The notes under the pieces are model-generated. The model had not been told where the DNA came from. It worked only from the letters and a program-made list of their open reading frames with translations, and searched no databases. A stretch of DNA of 64,000 bases from Blautia sp. (lineage in GTDB: Bacteria > Bacillota > Clostridia > Lachnospirales > Lachnospiraceae), in NCBI GenBank assembly GCA_021772055.1, contig JAETNR010000017.1, positions 4,386 to 68,385 on the forward strand. Direction: 5' to 3'. The translations under genes were made by a program, and so were the position numbers. Every line of letters starts with the position of its first letter. The stretch's first letter is position 1. Positions 18,733 through 28,603 of this stretch are shown piece by piece.

Positions 18733-20379
18733 TTACCCATTATATTCTTCAATTTTACAAGAATGCCTGCCAGTCTTTGTGCTGTAATTCAATCCAACGC
18801 AAAGCAGCTTTCCCTTATAATCAAACTTCTTCATGATTTCCGGGTACTGCTTATCCATGATTTGTGTTATTGCTTTTTCTGCACTCTTATTCCACTTCAG
18901 TTCTATCAGCAAAGCTGGTTTCTGAGAGCCAAGCCTCGGAAGAAAAAGAATGTCACAGTAACCTCTCCCAGACGCCAGTTCTTCAAACCTCAGATAGTGA
19001 TCTATTGAAGTAAGGTAAGCCATAATAACCACATAGCGCAATGCCGGCTCATCATTATAATTCTTAGGCGAAGTCTCTGCCAAATGTACTGATTCTATAA
19101 TTTCAGCCACTTTCATTTCGTCTTTGGCAAGTGTGGCAGTCAATAAATTGTCCGCCACTTTTACAGCATTAGCCAGTTCAGGCCTGCGGCCTTCACTGAC
19201 TGCAGTAATAAATTCCCCCCTTACCTCTTCATTTGGAATAAAAACTTCCCTTTTATCAGAGTCATATGCAAGATACCCCAGATGCACCAGCAAAGTGAAG
19301 ATATCATCCCGGTTTTTTATGGATGTTATGTCATTTTGGAACGTTCGGATATTGATTTTGCATCGTTTCCCTCCAAGCATATCCACCAGGGCATCTCTTA
19401 GTCCATCGTAATTCAAGTCAATATAATCTTTAAGTGATTCATAGGTTTCTGTTTTTGCCCAGTAACTGGCAAATTTCTCGTTTTTTACAAGCTCAATGAT
19501 AGAATTAGGACAATAAACATGCTGGACTATACTGCGCCGCTTTGGCGCCTGCCCGTCACTTTTTTCCTCTTTCATGACTTTCTCAAACTGATAACCGTCA
19601 TACCATCTTTGGGTTTCTGAAAAGTCCAAATGACTTGTCTTGCACAGATTCATCACTTCCGTTTCTGTAAAACCGATGAATGGAGCCAACGGTCCGGGTT
19701 CCAGCATCGTAAATTCTCTGAAATCAGTTAGAGCAGACTGTGTTCCGTATTTCTTAATTGGAAGAATCCCGGTCATGTATGCGCCTACAAAAATCTGAGA
19801 AGTTTGGGGACTCTTGAACATACTGCGCAAAAGCTGGATATAGGATTTCTGTAATGTTTCATCATCTTTGGCTTCTCGAAATAGTGCATCCCATTCGTCA
19901 ATGATAACGAAGAATTTATTTCCGGTCTTCCCATTGACCTGCATAAGAGCTTTTAACAGTGATTTCGTGTTTTCCCGGATACAGCCCGGATATACTTCTT
20001 TTAGTTCTGAAATCACCTCAGACTGAATGTCAGTTACCGTATCACAAATATCGTCTGCCATGGAGATAAAAGCTGCAACATCAAGCAGGAGAACATCATA
20101 CTTATTCAAATATTCTTCATACCCCAGCTCTGCAATTTGAAGTTCTTCAAAAAGTGCCTTTGAGTTTGCCTCTTTAGAATAGTAAGCCGCCAGCATCTTC
20201 GCAGCAAATGATTTTCCAAAACGCCGCGGCCGAGTTGAAGCAACCAGCATATCTGACGTTCCTATCACGCTGTTCATATATGCGATAAGCCCTGACTTAT
20301 CTACATATCGGCCGGTTTTTAATACAGCTTCAAAAGCATCTGCCGATGGATTCACGTAAAAGCCCATATCACTATCCAC
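18733..20379 (-). CDS. AAA-ATPase-like protein with a C-terminal PD-(D/E)XK nuclease domain
   Basis: YVDKS, Walker A RPRRFGKS, Walker B IIDEWD, C-terminal GYCD...LIELK. Confidence 0.85.
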   Translation of the reverse strand: MDSDMGFYVNPSADAFEAVLKTGRYVDKSGLIAYMNSVIGTSDMLVASTRPRRFGKSFAAKMLAAYYSKEANSKALFEELQIAELGYEEYLNKYDVLLLDVAAFISMADDICDTVTDIQSEVISELKEVYPGCIRENTKSLLKALMQVNGKTGNKFFVIIDEWDALFREAKDDETLQKSYIQLLRSMFKSPQTSQIFVGAYMTGILPIKKYGTQSALTDFREFTMLEPGPLAPFIGFTETEVMNLCKTSHLDFSETQRWYDGYQFEKVMKEEKSDGQAPKRRSIVQHVYCPNSIIELVKNEKFASYWAKTETYESLKDYIDLNYDGLRDALVDMLGGKRCKINIRTFQNDITSIKNRDDIFTLLVHLGYLAYDSDKREVFIPNEEVRGEFITAVSEGRRPELANAVKVADNLLTATLAKDEMKVAEIIESVHLAETSPKNYNDEPALRYVVIMAYLTSIDHYLRFEELASGRGYCDILFLPRLGSQKPALLIELKWNKSAEKAITQIMDKQYPEIMKKFDYKGKLLCVGLNYSTKTGRHSCKIEEYNG

Positions 20380-20496
20380 TCCTTTCCGAAGTGATTCTTA
20401 CAAATGAAAGATCACACACGCTCCACCGCCGGGGAGCGTACAGTCTCCTTATGATGCTCATCATACCACAAAAAAACAGTCAATGCAATTAAGCAC

Positions 20497-20570
20497 AAAA
20501 AATACCCCGGACAGATGCTCCCCTTCACACCAAACCTCCATCTGCTGCAAAGTCCCATCTTTCCGGGGTA
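20497..20570 (-). terminator. Long hairpin plus U-tract immediately 3' of RNA scaffold 2
   Basis: Minus strand TACCCCGGAAAGATG ... CATCTGTCCGGGGTA followed by TTTTTT. Confidence 0.6.
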
Positions 20571-20753
20571 CCAATACTTTAAATACCCTCCCCGCGCTGT
20601 TCATTTTTCCCAGCGCGGGTGTCTTCGCCGTCCCTTCTGTTATCCCTAACATTTACGAGCCGGCAGGCGGTATCCAGCCTGGCAGGATCTACCAGAGATA
20701 AATCCTGCTTTTCAGCTTTCGCTGATTTATATAAACCGGGGCAAAAACTCCGA
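20556..20753 (-). ncRNA. Putative omegaRNA-like guide RNA 2 (scaffold ~20576-20753 plus 3' guide)
   Basis: Homologous to scaffold 1. Contains a UCAGC-GAAA-GCUGA GNRA hairpin and a CCCGCGCUG/CAGCGCGGG stem; ends GGGGAGGGTATTTAAAGT. Confidence 0.75.
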
Positions 20754-21989
20754 TTATTTTCCAAATTGAATCTTACAATTCTTTGCCAGTTTTCTGGCTG
20801 CGTTTAAATATCTGTTTCCGTGATGCCCCATCCCGCAGACAAACTCCCCGGACGTTTCCCTTGTCTTCGCAAGCTCACTGCCGCATAAAGCGCAAACATC
20901 ATCCATATGCTCCAACGAAAGCTCGATCACAACGATTCCCGCCTTCCAGGCCTTGTAGCGCAGAAATTCTCGTATTCTCCATTCTGCATGCAGCCTTTCC
21001 AAAACACCTGATTTCCCCACGCCTTCATTTGCATAACAATCTCCAGATCCGTTTTTCCTTGCGATTCGATCCTTTCCTTCCCTTTTCTCTTTCGCAATTG
21101 CAATCACCGAAACATCCCTCTCCTGACAAAACCGCACGATTTCGCTGCTTACCTCATGTGCATAGGAGTCTGTCAGATGCCCTAAACGGATCCAGTACTT
21201 CCGGTTCTGCCCCTCTTCTCCCCCGCCTCCCATGGATTTACAAGATTTTTCCACACGTTCCAGCACCATCCTGCACCGATGGCTGTATCCATTGCCACCT
21301 CGGAAAAAGCGAACGCCCACTTCTTTTCCATCCTTATCAAAAACAGATCCCACACAAGCAATATCCCCGCCTGCAAACTGAAGTCCGCAGATGTTTCTGC
21401 CTTCCCTGATGCGAAGTCTTACAGACGAAGCATCCCCGGTTGTTTCTTTTACAGGTACATGGAGCATGATGAAATTCCGGTCAAAGACGACAGACGGCGA
21501 CATCCGCTCCCCGCCTTCAGGAAAATCCTTTCCGTACAGGCGGCACCGCATCCACTGCCATCTGCTTCCGTCCCAGAGTTTCAGCGTAATTTCCTTTTGG
21601 GAAAAATTCTTGTACATTCTTTTATAAAAGACCATTGCAGAATGAAGTTTTTCTGCACGGTTGATATGAGAAAATTTTCCTTTCCGGAGACGGCTTTTTG
21701 CCGCCGCTATCCCTGCATTGGCTGCTGCCCGACGAAAGTATGGCGGTAGCTTCCATGGCAAAGGATTTTCCGGGATACGCTTTTCCCGGCCTGGAAGACT
21801 TAAAACTTCCAGCTTCCGCAGGATTTCCTGACTGTTTTCTTCCCACAGTTCCTCATGTTCCAGAAATAGATCATAATAAAACAGCTCAATCTGATTAAAC
21901 AGCTCCTGCGTCAGAAAAAGCCACTGGGGATGTCTGCATCTCAGCCGCAGCCGCCATGTTGTGATACAGTACCCTGTCCTGTTGCTCAT
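20754..21989 (-). CDS. Nuclease-dead TnpB/Cas12f-like protein (TldR-like), copy 2
   Basis: Close paralog of 16932-18131 with ICGLQF, VIAIAK, GNRYLN and a CALCG...CGMGH ribbon. Its start overlaps the stop of the upstream gene (ATGA). Confidence 0.85.
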   Translation of the reverse strand: MSNRTGYCITTWRLRLRCRHPQWLFLTQELFNQIELFYYDLFLEHEELWEENSQEILRKLEVLSLPGREKRIPENPLPWKLPPYFRRAAANAGIAAAKSRLRKGKFSHINRAEKLHSAMVFYKRMYKNFSQKEITLKLWDGSRWQWMRCRLYGKDFPEGGERMSPSVVFDRNFIMLHVPVKETTGDASSVRLRIREGRNICGLQFAGGDIACVGSVFDKDGKEVGVRFFRGGNGYSHRCRMVLERVEKSCKSMGGGGEEGQNRKYWIRLGHLTDSYAHEVSSEIVRFCQERDVSVIAIAKEKREGKDRIARKNGSGDCYANEGVGKSGVLERLHAEWRIREFLRYKAWKAGIVVIELSLEHMDDVCALCGSELAKTRETSGEFVCGMGHHGNRYLNAARKLAKNCKIQFGK

Positions 21990-23998
21990 TTTCTCACCAC
22001 CTGTCCATCCGCTGACAACGCTCCAGCGCTTCCCGATAATTTACCAACATCCGTTAATTCAAGGCTTCCGGATGCTTCAGACTCTCCCGGGGCTTCGTAC
22101 TCACCTGGTTCCTTGTGTTCCTCCGTCACCTCGCCCTTTCCCGATGCCTCATACTTCCAGATTTCATATCCATCCATCGTCTTCCACAGCTTCATGCTCG
22201 CGCCCTTGTCATAGTGCTCCCGCAGATACGCAAGCACCTGCTCACTGGTGGTATTGGAGACGAAATACACATTCTCCTTCAATAACCCCGGCAGCGCATC
22301 CTCAATCTTCCACTTTGCCAGCGTTTCCCGGATCACCGGATGATTCACCGTCACACCGCCCAGATACACCATATTCGCAAACGCTCCTTTTTCCAGACTC
22401 TCAAAAGGCGAAAAGTCATAATAAAGAGTCTGAATTGTTGTATTAAAATCCAGAAGATACAGATTTTCCGGGTGTTCCCGTACTTCCTGCAAAAAGTGCG
22501 GCCGGATCTCCCGTTTGTTTACTGATTTTGTATACTTTTCCTTATCATAATCCCAGGAAAAATAGAAGGTGGAATCCACATAATCCCGGTATTCCTCGTC
22601 CGACAAACTCTCATAAGAGCGATCCGGCAAATACCCTCCGACCTGACTGGCGATGATTCCCACAGCCAGCAGATAAAGCCACCATCTGCCCGCTTTTTTT
22701 TCTCCTGTCATAAATCCGCAGCCTGCCGCCTGCCCGGTCACTGGAGTTCTGCCCCATCTGCCTTCTTGTCCGGCTGCTGCCGCGACTTTTCCCTCAGTCT
22801 TCCTCTCCTTATCCGTCTCTCCCGGCAAAGCAAACACCATCATCACTGCCGCAGAGAACAAGCACCCGAATTCCACCCGGTAAACCGCATGGCCTGCCTG
22901 TATAAAATAGAGCATCATCCCCACTGTCACCGCTCCCGCAGCCACGGCTGCCCAAAACCGTTTTCGGAACACCCCCAGACTCAAAATTCCCAGCAGCACA
23001 CAACAGCACGTCCCGGGATACCACAAAATCCCTCTTCCCAGGAACCGCAGAACCACCTCCCAGAAAGTCTCGCACACCACCGGCCTGTATTTTTCCACAA
23101 CGGAGAGCACTTCCTTCATCTTTTCCAGGGAAAACACCTCCCGGTCAGCAAAACACCAGGAAACGATCAGCTCATAATCCGTCCTGGAAATCCCTATCTC
23201 TGAAAGCTCCTCCTCACAGGTTTCATACTCCGGCAGCGGATAGTCCACAAGATATGCACGTGCATAGGAATAATCCATATAATACCGGTAATCCTCCCTG
23301 CACTCGTAGGCCATATTGTTGCACCAGCGAAGCCCGTAGACCAAAACCAAAAGCAGCGCTCCCCTTAAGTAAATCTTTCTCATTCTCTTCCGGAGATCCG
23401 CCGGTTTCTTCCTCACCAGAGATCCCGTTTCCAGAAGAACATACAGCAAAAGATAAACCCCTGCAATATAGATCCCGTTATGCCGAATCAGGCATCCCAG
23501 CACCACCAGGGCACCGCCCAAAAGCACATACCCTTTCCCTTTTTTCCGGAATAATCCCCATACAAAAAGGCATCCGCCGCTTGCAATGGCCGCTGCTGCC
23601 GTCTTGGTAAACTGGGGCAGAAGATACAGATCCCTGGCAAAAAAAGCTCCCATTAATCCGCTTATCAGCACCCCTTCCGGAAGGGACATGGTCTCCGCCA
23701 GATAACAGGAAAACCCGCATAAAGCCAGAAAGCTCACTCCGATCTGTGCCCAGAAGTACCAGCTGATTCCGCTGCTTACCTCATAAAGGCGATTCAGCAG
23801 CTTCCCCCACAAAACACTGCAGAACATCAGATGCCCGTCCGGCGTTCCCTGAAATGCCCCGGATGCGATCAGTTCCATGACAAAATCATCCGAAACCTCA
23901 TATTTCACATCGCAGAACAGCAAAATCAGCACCAGCACCGCGGCCTGAAGGGAAATCAGCACCCCTGCGCGGAATTTAGCGGTAGAATTCATAAACAC
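21986..23998 (-). CDS. Multi-pass membrane protein, possible GT-C-type transferase
   Basis: N-terminal TM followed by a YEVSDD acidic motif, many TM helices and an extracytoplasmic C-terminal domain. Confidence 0.55.
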   Translation of the reverse strand: MFMNSTAKFRAGVLISLQAAVLVLILLFCDVKYEVSDDFVMELIASGAFQGTPDGHLMFCSVLWGKLLNRLYEVSSGISWYFWAQIGVSFLALCGFSCYLAETMSLPEGVLISGLMGAFFARDLYLLPQFTKTAAAAIASGGCLFVWGLFRKKGKGYVLLGGALVVLGCLIRHNGIYIAGVYLLLYVLLETGSLVRKKPADLRKRMRKIYLRGALLLVLVYGLRWCNNMAYECREDYRYYMDYSYARAYLVDYPLPEYETCEEELSEIGISRTDYELIVSWCFADREVFSLEKMKEVLSVVEKYRPVVCETFWEVVLRFLGRGILWYPGTCCCVLLGILSLGVFRKRFWAAVAAGAVTVGMMLYFIQAGHAVYRVEFGCLFSAAVMMVFALPGETDKERKTEGKVAAAAGQEGRWGRTPVTGQAAGCGFMTGEKKAGRWWLYLLAVGIIASQVGGYLPDRSYESLSDEEYRDYVDSTFYFSWDYDKEKYTKSVNKREIRPHFLQEVREHPENLYLLDFNTTIQTLYYDFSPFESLEKGAFANMVYLGGVTVNHPVIRETLAKWKIEDALPGLLKENVYFVSNTTSEQVLAYLREHYDKGASMKLWKTMDGYEIWKYEASGKGEVTEEHKEPGEYEAPGESEASGSLELTDVGKLSGSAGALSADGQVVRK

Positions 23999-25103
23999 TC
24001 CTGATCACCTGTTTCTGGTCTTCTTCCTTCATCCCATAATAAAGCGGAAACCGCAGCAATCGTTCACTCTCCTTCGTGGTATACCGATCCTCGCCGCAGA
24101 ATCTCCCAAGCCGCATCCCCGCAGGCGCCGTATGAAGAGGAATATAGTGGAAAACTGCCTGCACCTCTCTGTCTCGAAGATGTGCGATCAGCGCCGTCCG
24201 CTCCTTTAAATCCCGGGCTTTCACATAAAACATATGTGCATTGTGCTCACATCCCTCCGGCACTGCCGGAAGAGTAAGTTTTCCCTGCTCCTGAAGGGGC
24301 AAAAGGGCTTCATAGTAGTTCTTCCAGCTTTTCATCCGGTCGTCAAAGATCTCCTGAGCAGCCTCCAGCTGCCCCCACAAATAAGCGGCGTTCAATTCAC
24401 TTGGCAGATAGGAGGATCCCATATCCACCCAGGTATATTTATCGATCTGACCGCGGAAGAACTTGGAACGGTTGGTTCCCTTTTCCCGGATGATCTCTGC
24501 CCGTTCCACATTCTCCTCCTCCCGAATCAGTATGGCTCCGCCCTCTCCCATGCTGTAGTTTTTCGTCTCATGGAAGCTGTAACAGCCAAAATCCCCCATG
24601 GTTCCCAGCATCCGTCCTTTATATTTCGAAAGAACTCCCTGTGCCGCGTCCTCAATGACAAGAAGGTGATGCCGCGAAGCCACATCCAGGATGGAATCCA
24701 TCTCGCAGGAGACCCCTGCATAATGTACAGGAACAATGGCCTTTGTTTTCTCTGTAATGGCATTTTCGATCAGCGTCTCATCCATATTCATGGTATCCGG
24801 CCGGATATCCACAAAGACAGCCTTTGCACCCCGAAGCACAAACGCATCTGCCGTAGATACAAAGGTATAGGATGGCATGATGACTTCATCCCCCGGTCCG
24901 ATATCCGAAAGCAGCGCAGCCAGCTCAGTGGCATGGGTGCAGGAGGTGGTTAAAAGCGCCCTGCCGGTGCCCGTTTTCTCCTCGATCCACTGGCTGCAGC
25001 GTTTTGTAAACATTCCGTCACCGCATATTTTATGCTGTTCTACTGCTTCCTTTATATAATCGATTTCTGTCCCCACATAAGGCGGTACATTAAAGTGAAT
25101 CAT
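23976..25103 (-). CDS. rffA: dTDP-4-amino-4,6-dideoxygalactose transaminase (DegT family)
   Basis: CGDGMFTKRC, TTSCTHATE, SFHETKN (PLP lysine), GSSYLPSEL. Confidence 0.9.
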   Translation of the reverse strand: MIHFNVPPYVGTEIDYIKEAVEQHKICGDGMFTKRCSQWIEEKTGTGRALLTTSCTHATELAALLSDIGPGDEVIMPSYTFVSTADAFVLRGAKAVFVDIRPDTMNMDETLIENAITEKTKAIVPVHYAGVSCEMDSILDVASRHHLLVIEDAAQGVLSKYKGRMLGTMGDFGCYSFHETKNYSMGEGGAILIREEENVERAEIIREKGTNRSKFFRGQIDKYTWVDMGSSYLPSELNAAYLWGQLEAAQEIFDDRMKSWKNYYEALLPLQEQGKLTLPAVPEGCEHNAHMFYVKARDLKERTALIAHLRDREVQAVFHYIPLHTAPAGMRLGRFCGEDRYTTKESERLLRFPLYYGMKEEDQKQVIRSVYEFYR

Positions 25104-25147
25104 TCCTCTTCTTTCTCCTTTATCCCAAAGCTATCCTTTTCTATCTC

Positions 25148-26194
25148 TTACATTCTTTCTTCCGCAGTTTCCAGCGCCTTCCGGAAATAGCCGCCCTGCC
25201 GAAGCTTTCGCCCTGTCAGCCAGGCATTTTCTGCCAGCCTTTGATAGGTTCCTTCATCCATCTCAAGCACCCGCTCCTTCATTTCCCAGAGGGATTCCAC
25301 CAGAATGCCCACGTCATGTTCTCTTACAAAAGCTGCTTGTGCAGCCTTTTCCCAGATAATCACCGGAAGGCCGCAGGATAGATATAAGGACAGTTTGTGG
25401 GGATTATTATACCGAAGATACTCTCCTCCATATCCTCCGCATCCGGAAAGGGTATCTCCGTCCCACACAAGTCCAAGCCCCCGGGTAAGGAATTCCCCCG
25501 GCTCATCTGCCGGAAAGGTTCCCTTATAAAATACATTTTCGGATTTCTCCGGCCCTTCCTTATAATGACCTCCATACAGCTCAAAGGTAATCTCCGGAAG
25601 TTTCCCCAGTTCTCCCAGATAGGCGCTTTTCTCCGCATCCAGGTTCCCCGCTATGACCACAGTCCTTTCAAACTTCGGCAGAGCAAGGGGCGTCTTCTTC
25701 TGAAGATAATCAAAGATCTTCAGAGAGATCAGCCTGTCCTCCTTTACCCCTTTTTTCAGAAAGAAGGACTTCATTGCCTCATTATGCACGATCAGCACAT
25801 CTGCTATTTTCATCATGAACCGGAATTCCCGCTCATAATAAGCATTAAAGCGATACTGCCGCAGTTCTTCCACGTCATGGACAATACAGACAAACCGCAC
25901 CTTCTTTTTCTTCAGTTTCCAAAGGCAGCGCTCCCTGGTAAGCTGAGGGTAATGAAAGGGATGCTGCAGAAGGATCAGGGAACCTGCCTCAATTCTTTTG
26001 ACGCAGTTTTTCCAGTCCAGATAATACCCTATCTGCCTCTGTATCTTTGCCCATTTGGACTCCCCCACAGTCCGCATGCGAAGCGTGCAGGGAACATACC
26101 CCATGTTTTCCGCAATGGACGCCACATCCTCTGTGGCCTTAGAGCCTGCATGGGCAAAAGCAGCTCCTCTGTCTATGATCTGGTATTTTTTCAT
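25148..26194 (-). CDS. Glycosyltransferase, Gtf3/WbbI (galactofuranosyltransferase-like) family
   Basis: HAGSKA, VHDVE, AGNL, GLVWDG, YNNPHKLSLYL. Confidence 0.8.
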   Translation of the reverse strand: MKKYQIIDRGAAFAHAGSKATEDVASIAENMGYVPCTLRMRTVGESKWAKIQRQIGYYLDWKNCVKRIEAGSLILLQHPFHYPQLTRERCLWKLKKKKVRFVCIVHDVEELRQYRFNAYYEREFRFMMKIADVLIVHNEAMKSFFLKKGVKEDRLISLKIFDYLQKKTPLALPKFERTVVIAGNLDAEKSAYLGELGKLPEITFELYGGHYKEGPEKSENVFYKGTFPADEPGEFLTRGLGLVWDGDTLSGCGGYGGEYLRYNNPHKLSLYLSCGLPVIIWEKAAQAAFVREHDVGILVESLWEMKERVLEMDEGTYQRLAENAWLTGRKLRQGGYFRKALETAEERM

Positions 26195-26206
26195 GCCTCT
26201 TGTCCT

Positions 26207-27319
26207 CTACTTTAAAAGCTCCTGTTCTATTAAAAAGGCTTCCACTGTAATGTCATATCCGCGCTTTTGAAATTTCGGCCTAATCACTTCATAGGGAATC
26301 CTCTCCTGGGGGCCTTTTCGAAGTTCCATGATCCGTTCCGCCCACTCTTCGGCGCTATAGGAAAGGCTCATGAAATGAAAATTCTCATTCATCCATACCT
26401 CCTCGGAAATCACGCCCTCCGAAGCCAGCGTCATCAGCCCGTTTGCCTGTGCTTCCAGAGCCACTACACTTTGTCCTTCAAATAAAGAGGGAAACAGAAA
26501 CAAATCAAACGCGCTTAACCAGCCCCTGATATCCTTTTGAACCCCTGCCCAGAAAATATATTCACTGATTCCATAATCGGAAGCCTTTTGGCGAAGCTTT
26601 TTCTCGTCCTCTCCTCCTCCCACGAAAACCAGCCGAAACGCAGGAGCCCTGCGTACCAGAATGGCAAAGATATCCAGAATAAACTCCTGATTTTTCTGAA
26701 AATGCAGCCTGCCGATATTTCCAATCACATAATTGTGCTTCCACTGAAGCCGCTCCCTGATTTCTTCCCTTCTTTTCAGTGAAAAGGCATAGTTTTCTAC
26801 TTTAATGGCATTATTGATCAGATGAACTTTTGGCTTCTGCCTGTCCTTATAGAACCAGTCAGCCGCCTTCTCGGAACAAGCCCAGAAATCCGTGGCATAA
26901 ACTTCGATCCGCTCCCTGTTCCACCGATGCAGAAGTCCCCGCAAAAAGCCATCCATATTTTCAGAATTGTGGCTGTGGATGATCCGCCTTGAAATTCCGT
27001 ATTTTTTTGCATATTTCAGATAATCAATATTTGCCAGACTGCAGACATTGACCCAGATTACCCGGTAAATGCCTTTTGTTTCCTTAAAGAATTCCTCCAG
27101 TTCTTCCTCATATTTCCTGCGGTTTTCGCTTCTTGCAGTAATATGATACACATGCCCTCCAAGCTTCATAAGCTCCTCTTCATAAGCAGCAGGCTTATGG
27201 AAATTACAGAGAAAATCAAACTGCAGCTTTGTTCTGTCTATATTTCGGTAATAGTTAAGCAAAACACTTTCCACCCCGCCCGGGGTCTCTGTCATCCCGA
27301 ATATCAGTATTCTATCCAT
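26207..27319 (-). CDS. Glycosyltransferase family 4 (CapH-like)
   Basis: PGGVES, IIHSHNS, GRLHFQKNQ, PSLFEGQSVVALEAQ. Confidence 0.9.
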   Translation of the reverse strand: MDRILIFGMTETPGGVESVLLNYYRNIDRTKLQFDFLCNFHKPAAYEEELMKLGGHVYHITARSENRRKYEEELEEFFKETKGIYRVIWVNVCSLANIDYLKYAKKYGISRRIIHSHNSENMDGFLRGLLHRWNRERIEVYATDFWACSEKAADWFYKDRQKPKVHLINNAIKVENYAFSLKRREEIRERLQWKHNYVIGNIGRLHFQKNQEFILDIFAILVRRAPAFRLVFVGGGEDEKKLRQKASDYGISEYIFWAGVQKDIRGWLSAFDLFLFPSLFEGQSVVALEAQANGLMTLASEGVISEEVWMNENFHFMSLSYSAEEWAERIMELRKGPQERIPYEVIRPKFQKRGYDITVEAFLIEQELLK

Positions 27320-28583
27320 GGTACTCCATCCCTTTCCCTTTTCTTCTCACGCGCAGCACAGGCGCCCCGAGAAGCAGAAAACAATTCGCCTGTATTTCCA
27401 AAAGCCTTGGTTCCAGCAGGCAGTAGCTTAAGATCACGAGCATCAGCAGACATCTCCATACGCTTTCCCGCTTCCGTATATATTTCTGCAAAAAAACAAG
27501 ATAAATCATCACAAGTAAAAAAAGAACAACTCCATAACTGAGCAAAATATACGCATAGGAACAGTCCACAAAATTATATGCTCCAAGGAGTGCATCCGTA
27601 TCTTCTGTTCCCCCGAATCCCACCCATGCGATCTTCTCTGCAAAAAGATGGATCCCGTATTTTTTTACTGCCGAAACTGTCAGGCCCAGTCTTCCGGAGA
27701 GTATCCTGTCCAAAATACTGTTTCCTCCGGATAACTGGTCCCGCCTGCACCATAGTGCATATATAAAGAAAAGGATAACAACAAAATAATCATAAAGCAC
27801 CGTCCCCATCTTATAAAGAAGTCCCCCGATCCTCCCTGCTTTTCGAACCCGCCGGGTCCACCGCTTCCCTGCCCCTTTGCAGCAGAAAAAAAATGCGGCT
27901 AAAAGCACAGCGCTTCCCAGAAGAAAAACAATACGGGTATCTGTCAGAATATATAAAAGCACATTTACCGCCTGGATCCATAGAAGATCCTTTTGGCAAA
28001 CCGTATCCTCATAAATCCATAAATACAAAAGCAGCAGAAAAAAGAAATACGCCGTACAGACGCTGGGATAAGTAAATCCCAGGGAATGCCGGATGGGGAT
28101 GTCCTCTCTTTTTATCAGCAGGTCGGGAATGACCCCCGTCATGCTGCCGAAAACAGCGAGCGCAATGCACCCGCCAAGGACAGCAAAAGCAATCCGAAAT
28201 GTATTTTCCAGATATTTTCTTTTCCCTGCAAAGAGAAAAGCCGCCGCAAACAAAGGCGTGCGGTCTCCTGTTTTAAAGGAAACCACCGAAGCCGCGATCC
28301 CGGCAAGAACAAAAAGAAGACTGTACTTACAGTACGAAAAGCCAGCCCTTCCCCTCAAGCTTTTGGCTTTTCTCAGATCTTTCCGAATGTCAAATAAGAT
28401 CAGAACCGTCAAAAGCGCAAAAGCCAGGTAGCGCATATAAGAAAAAATCCTAAAAAGCGCGGCATATCGGGTATACATAGTTGTCTGCAGACAGGTGGCA
28501 GAGGTGTATAATACAAATGCAGCCTGAAACAGTATCTGCATCCGGTCAGTGTCATTCCCTCCGTTTCTCCATCTTTGCTCCAT
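27312..28583 (-). CDS. wzy: Putative Wzy polymerase
   Basis: Multi-TM protein with R-x-S-L-G-F-x-Y-P, TDTR, LSGRL and VDCSY motifs. Confidence 0.75.
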   Translation of the reverse strand: MEQRWRNGGNDTDRMQILFQAAFVLYTSATCLQTTMYTRYAALFRIFSYMRYLAFALLTVLILFDIRKDLRKAKSLRGRAGFSYCKYSLLFVLAGIAASVVSFKTGDRTPLFAAAFLFAGKRKYLENTFRIAFAVLGGCIALAVFGSMTGVIPDLLIKREDIPIRHSLGFTYPSVCTAYFFFLLLLYLWIYEDTVCQKDLLWIQAVNVLLYILTDTRIVFLLGSAVLLAAFFFCCKGAGKRWTRRVRKAGRIGGLLYKMGTVLYDYFVVILFFIYALWCRRDQLSGGNSILDRILSGRLGLTVSAVKKYGIHLFAEKIAWVGFGGTEDTDALLGAYNFVDCSYAYILLSYGVVLFLLVMIYLVFLQKYIRKRESVWRCLLMLVILSYCLLEPRLLEIQANCFLLLGAPVLRVRRKGKGMEYHG

Positions 28584-28603
28584 AGATTCCCTCTTCCTCT
28601 TTT

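Noticed and set aside
16932-21989. Active IS200/IS605 or IS607 elements, or a CRISPR-Cas12f locus
   Set aside because: No TnpA or serine transposase, no repeat-spacer array, catalytic residues are absent, and one gene is translationally coupled into an operon.
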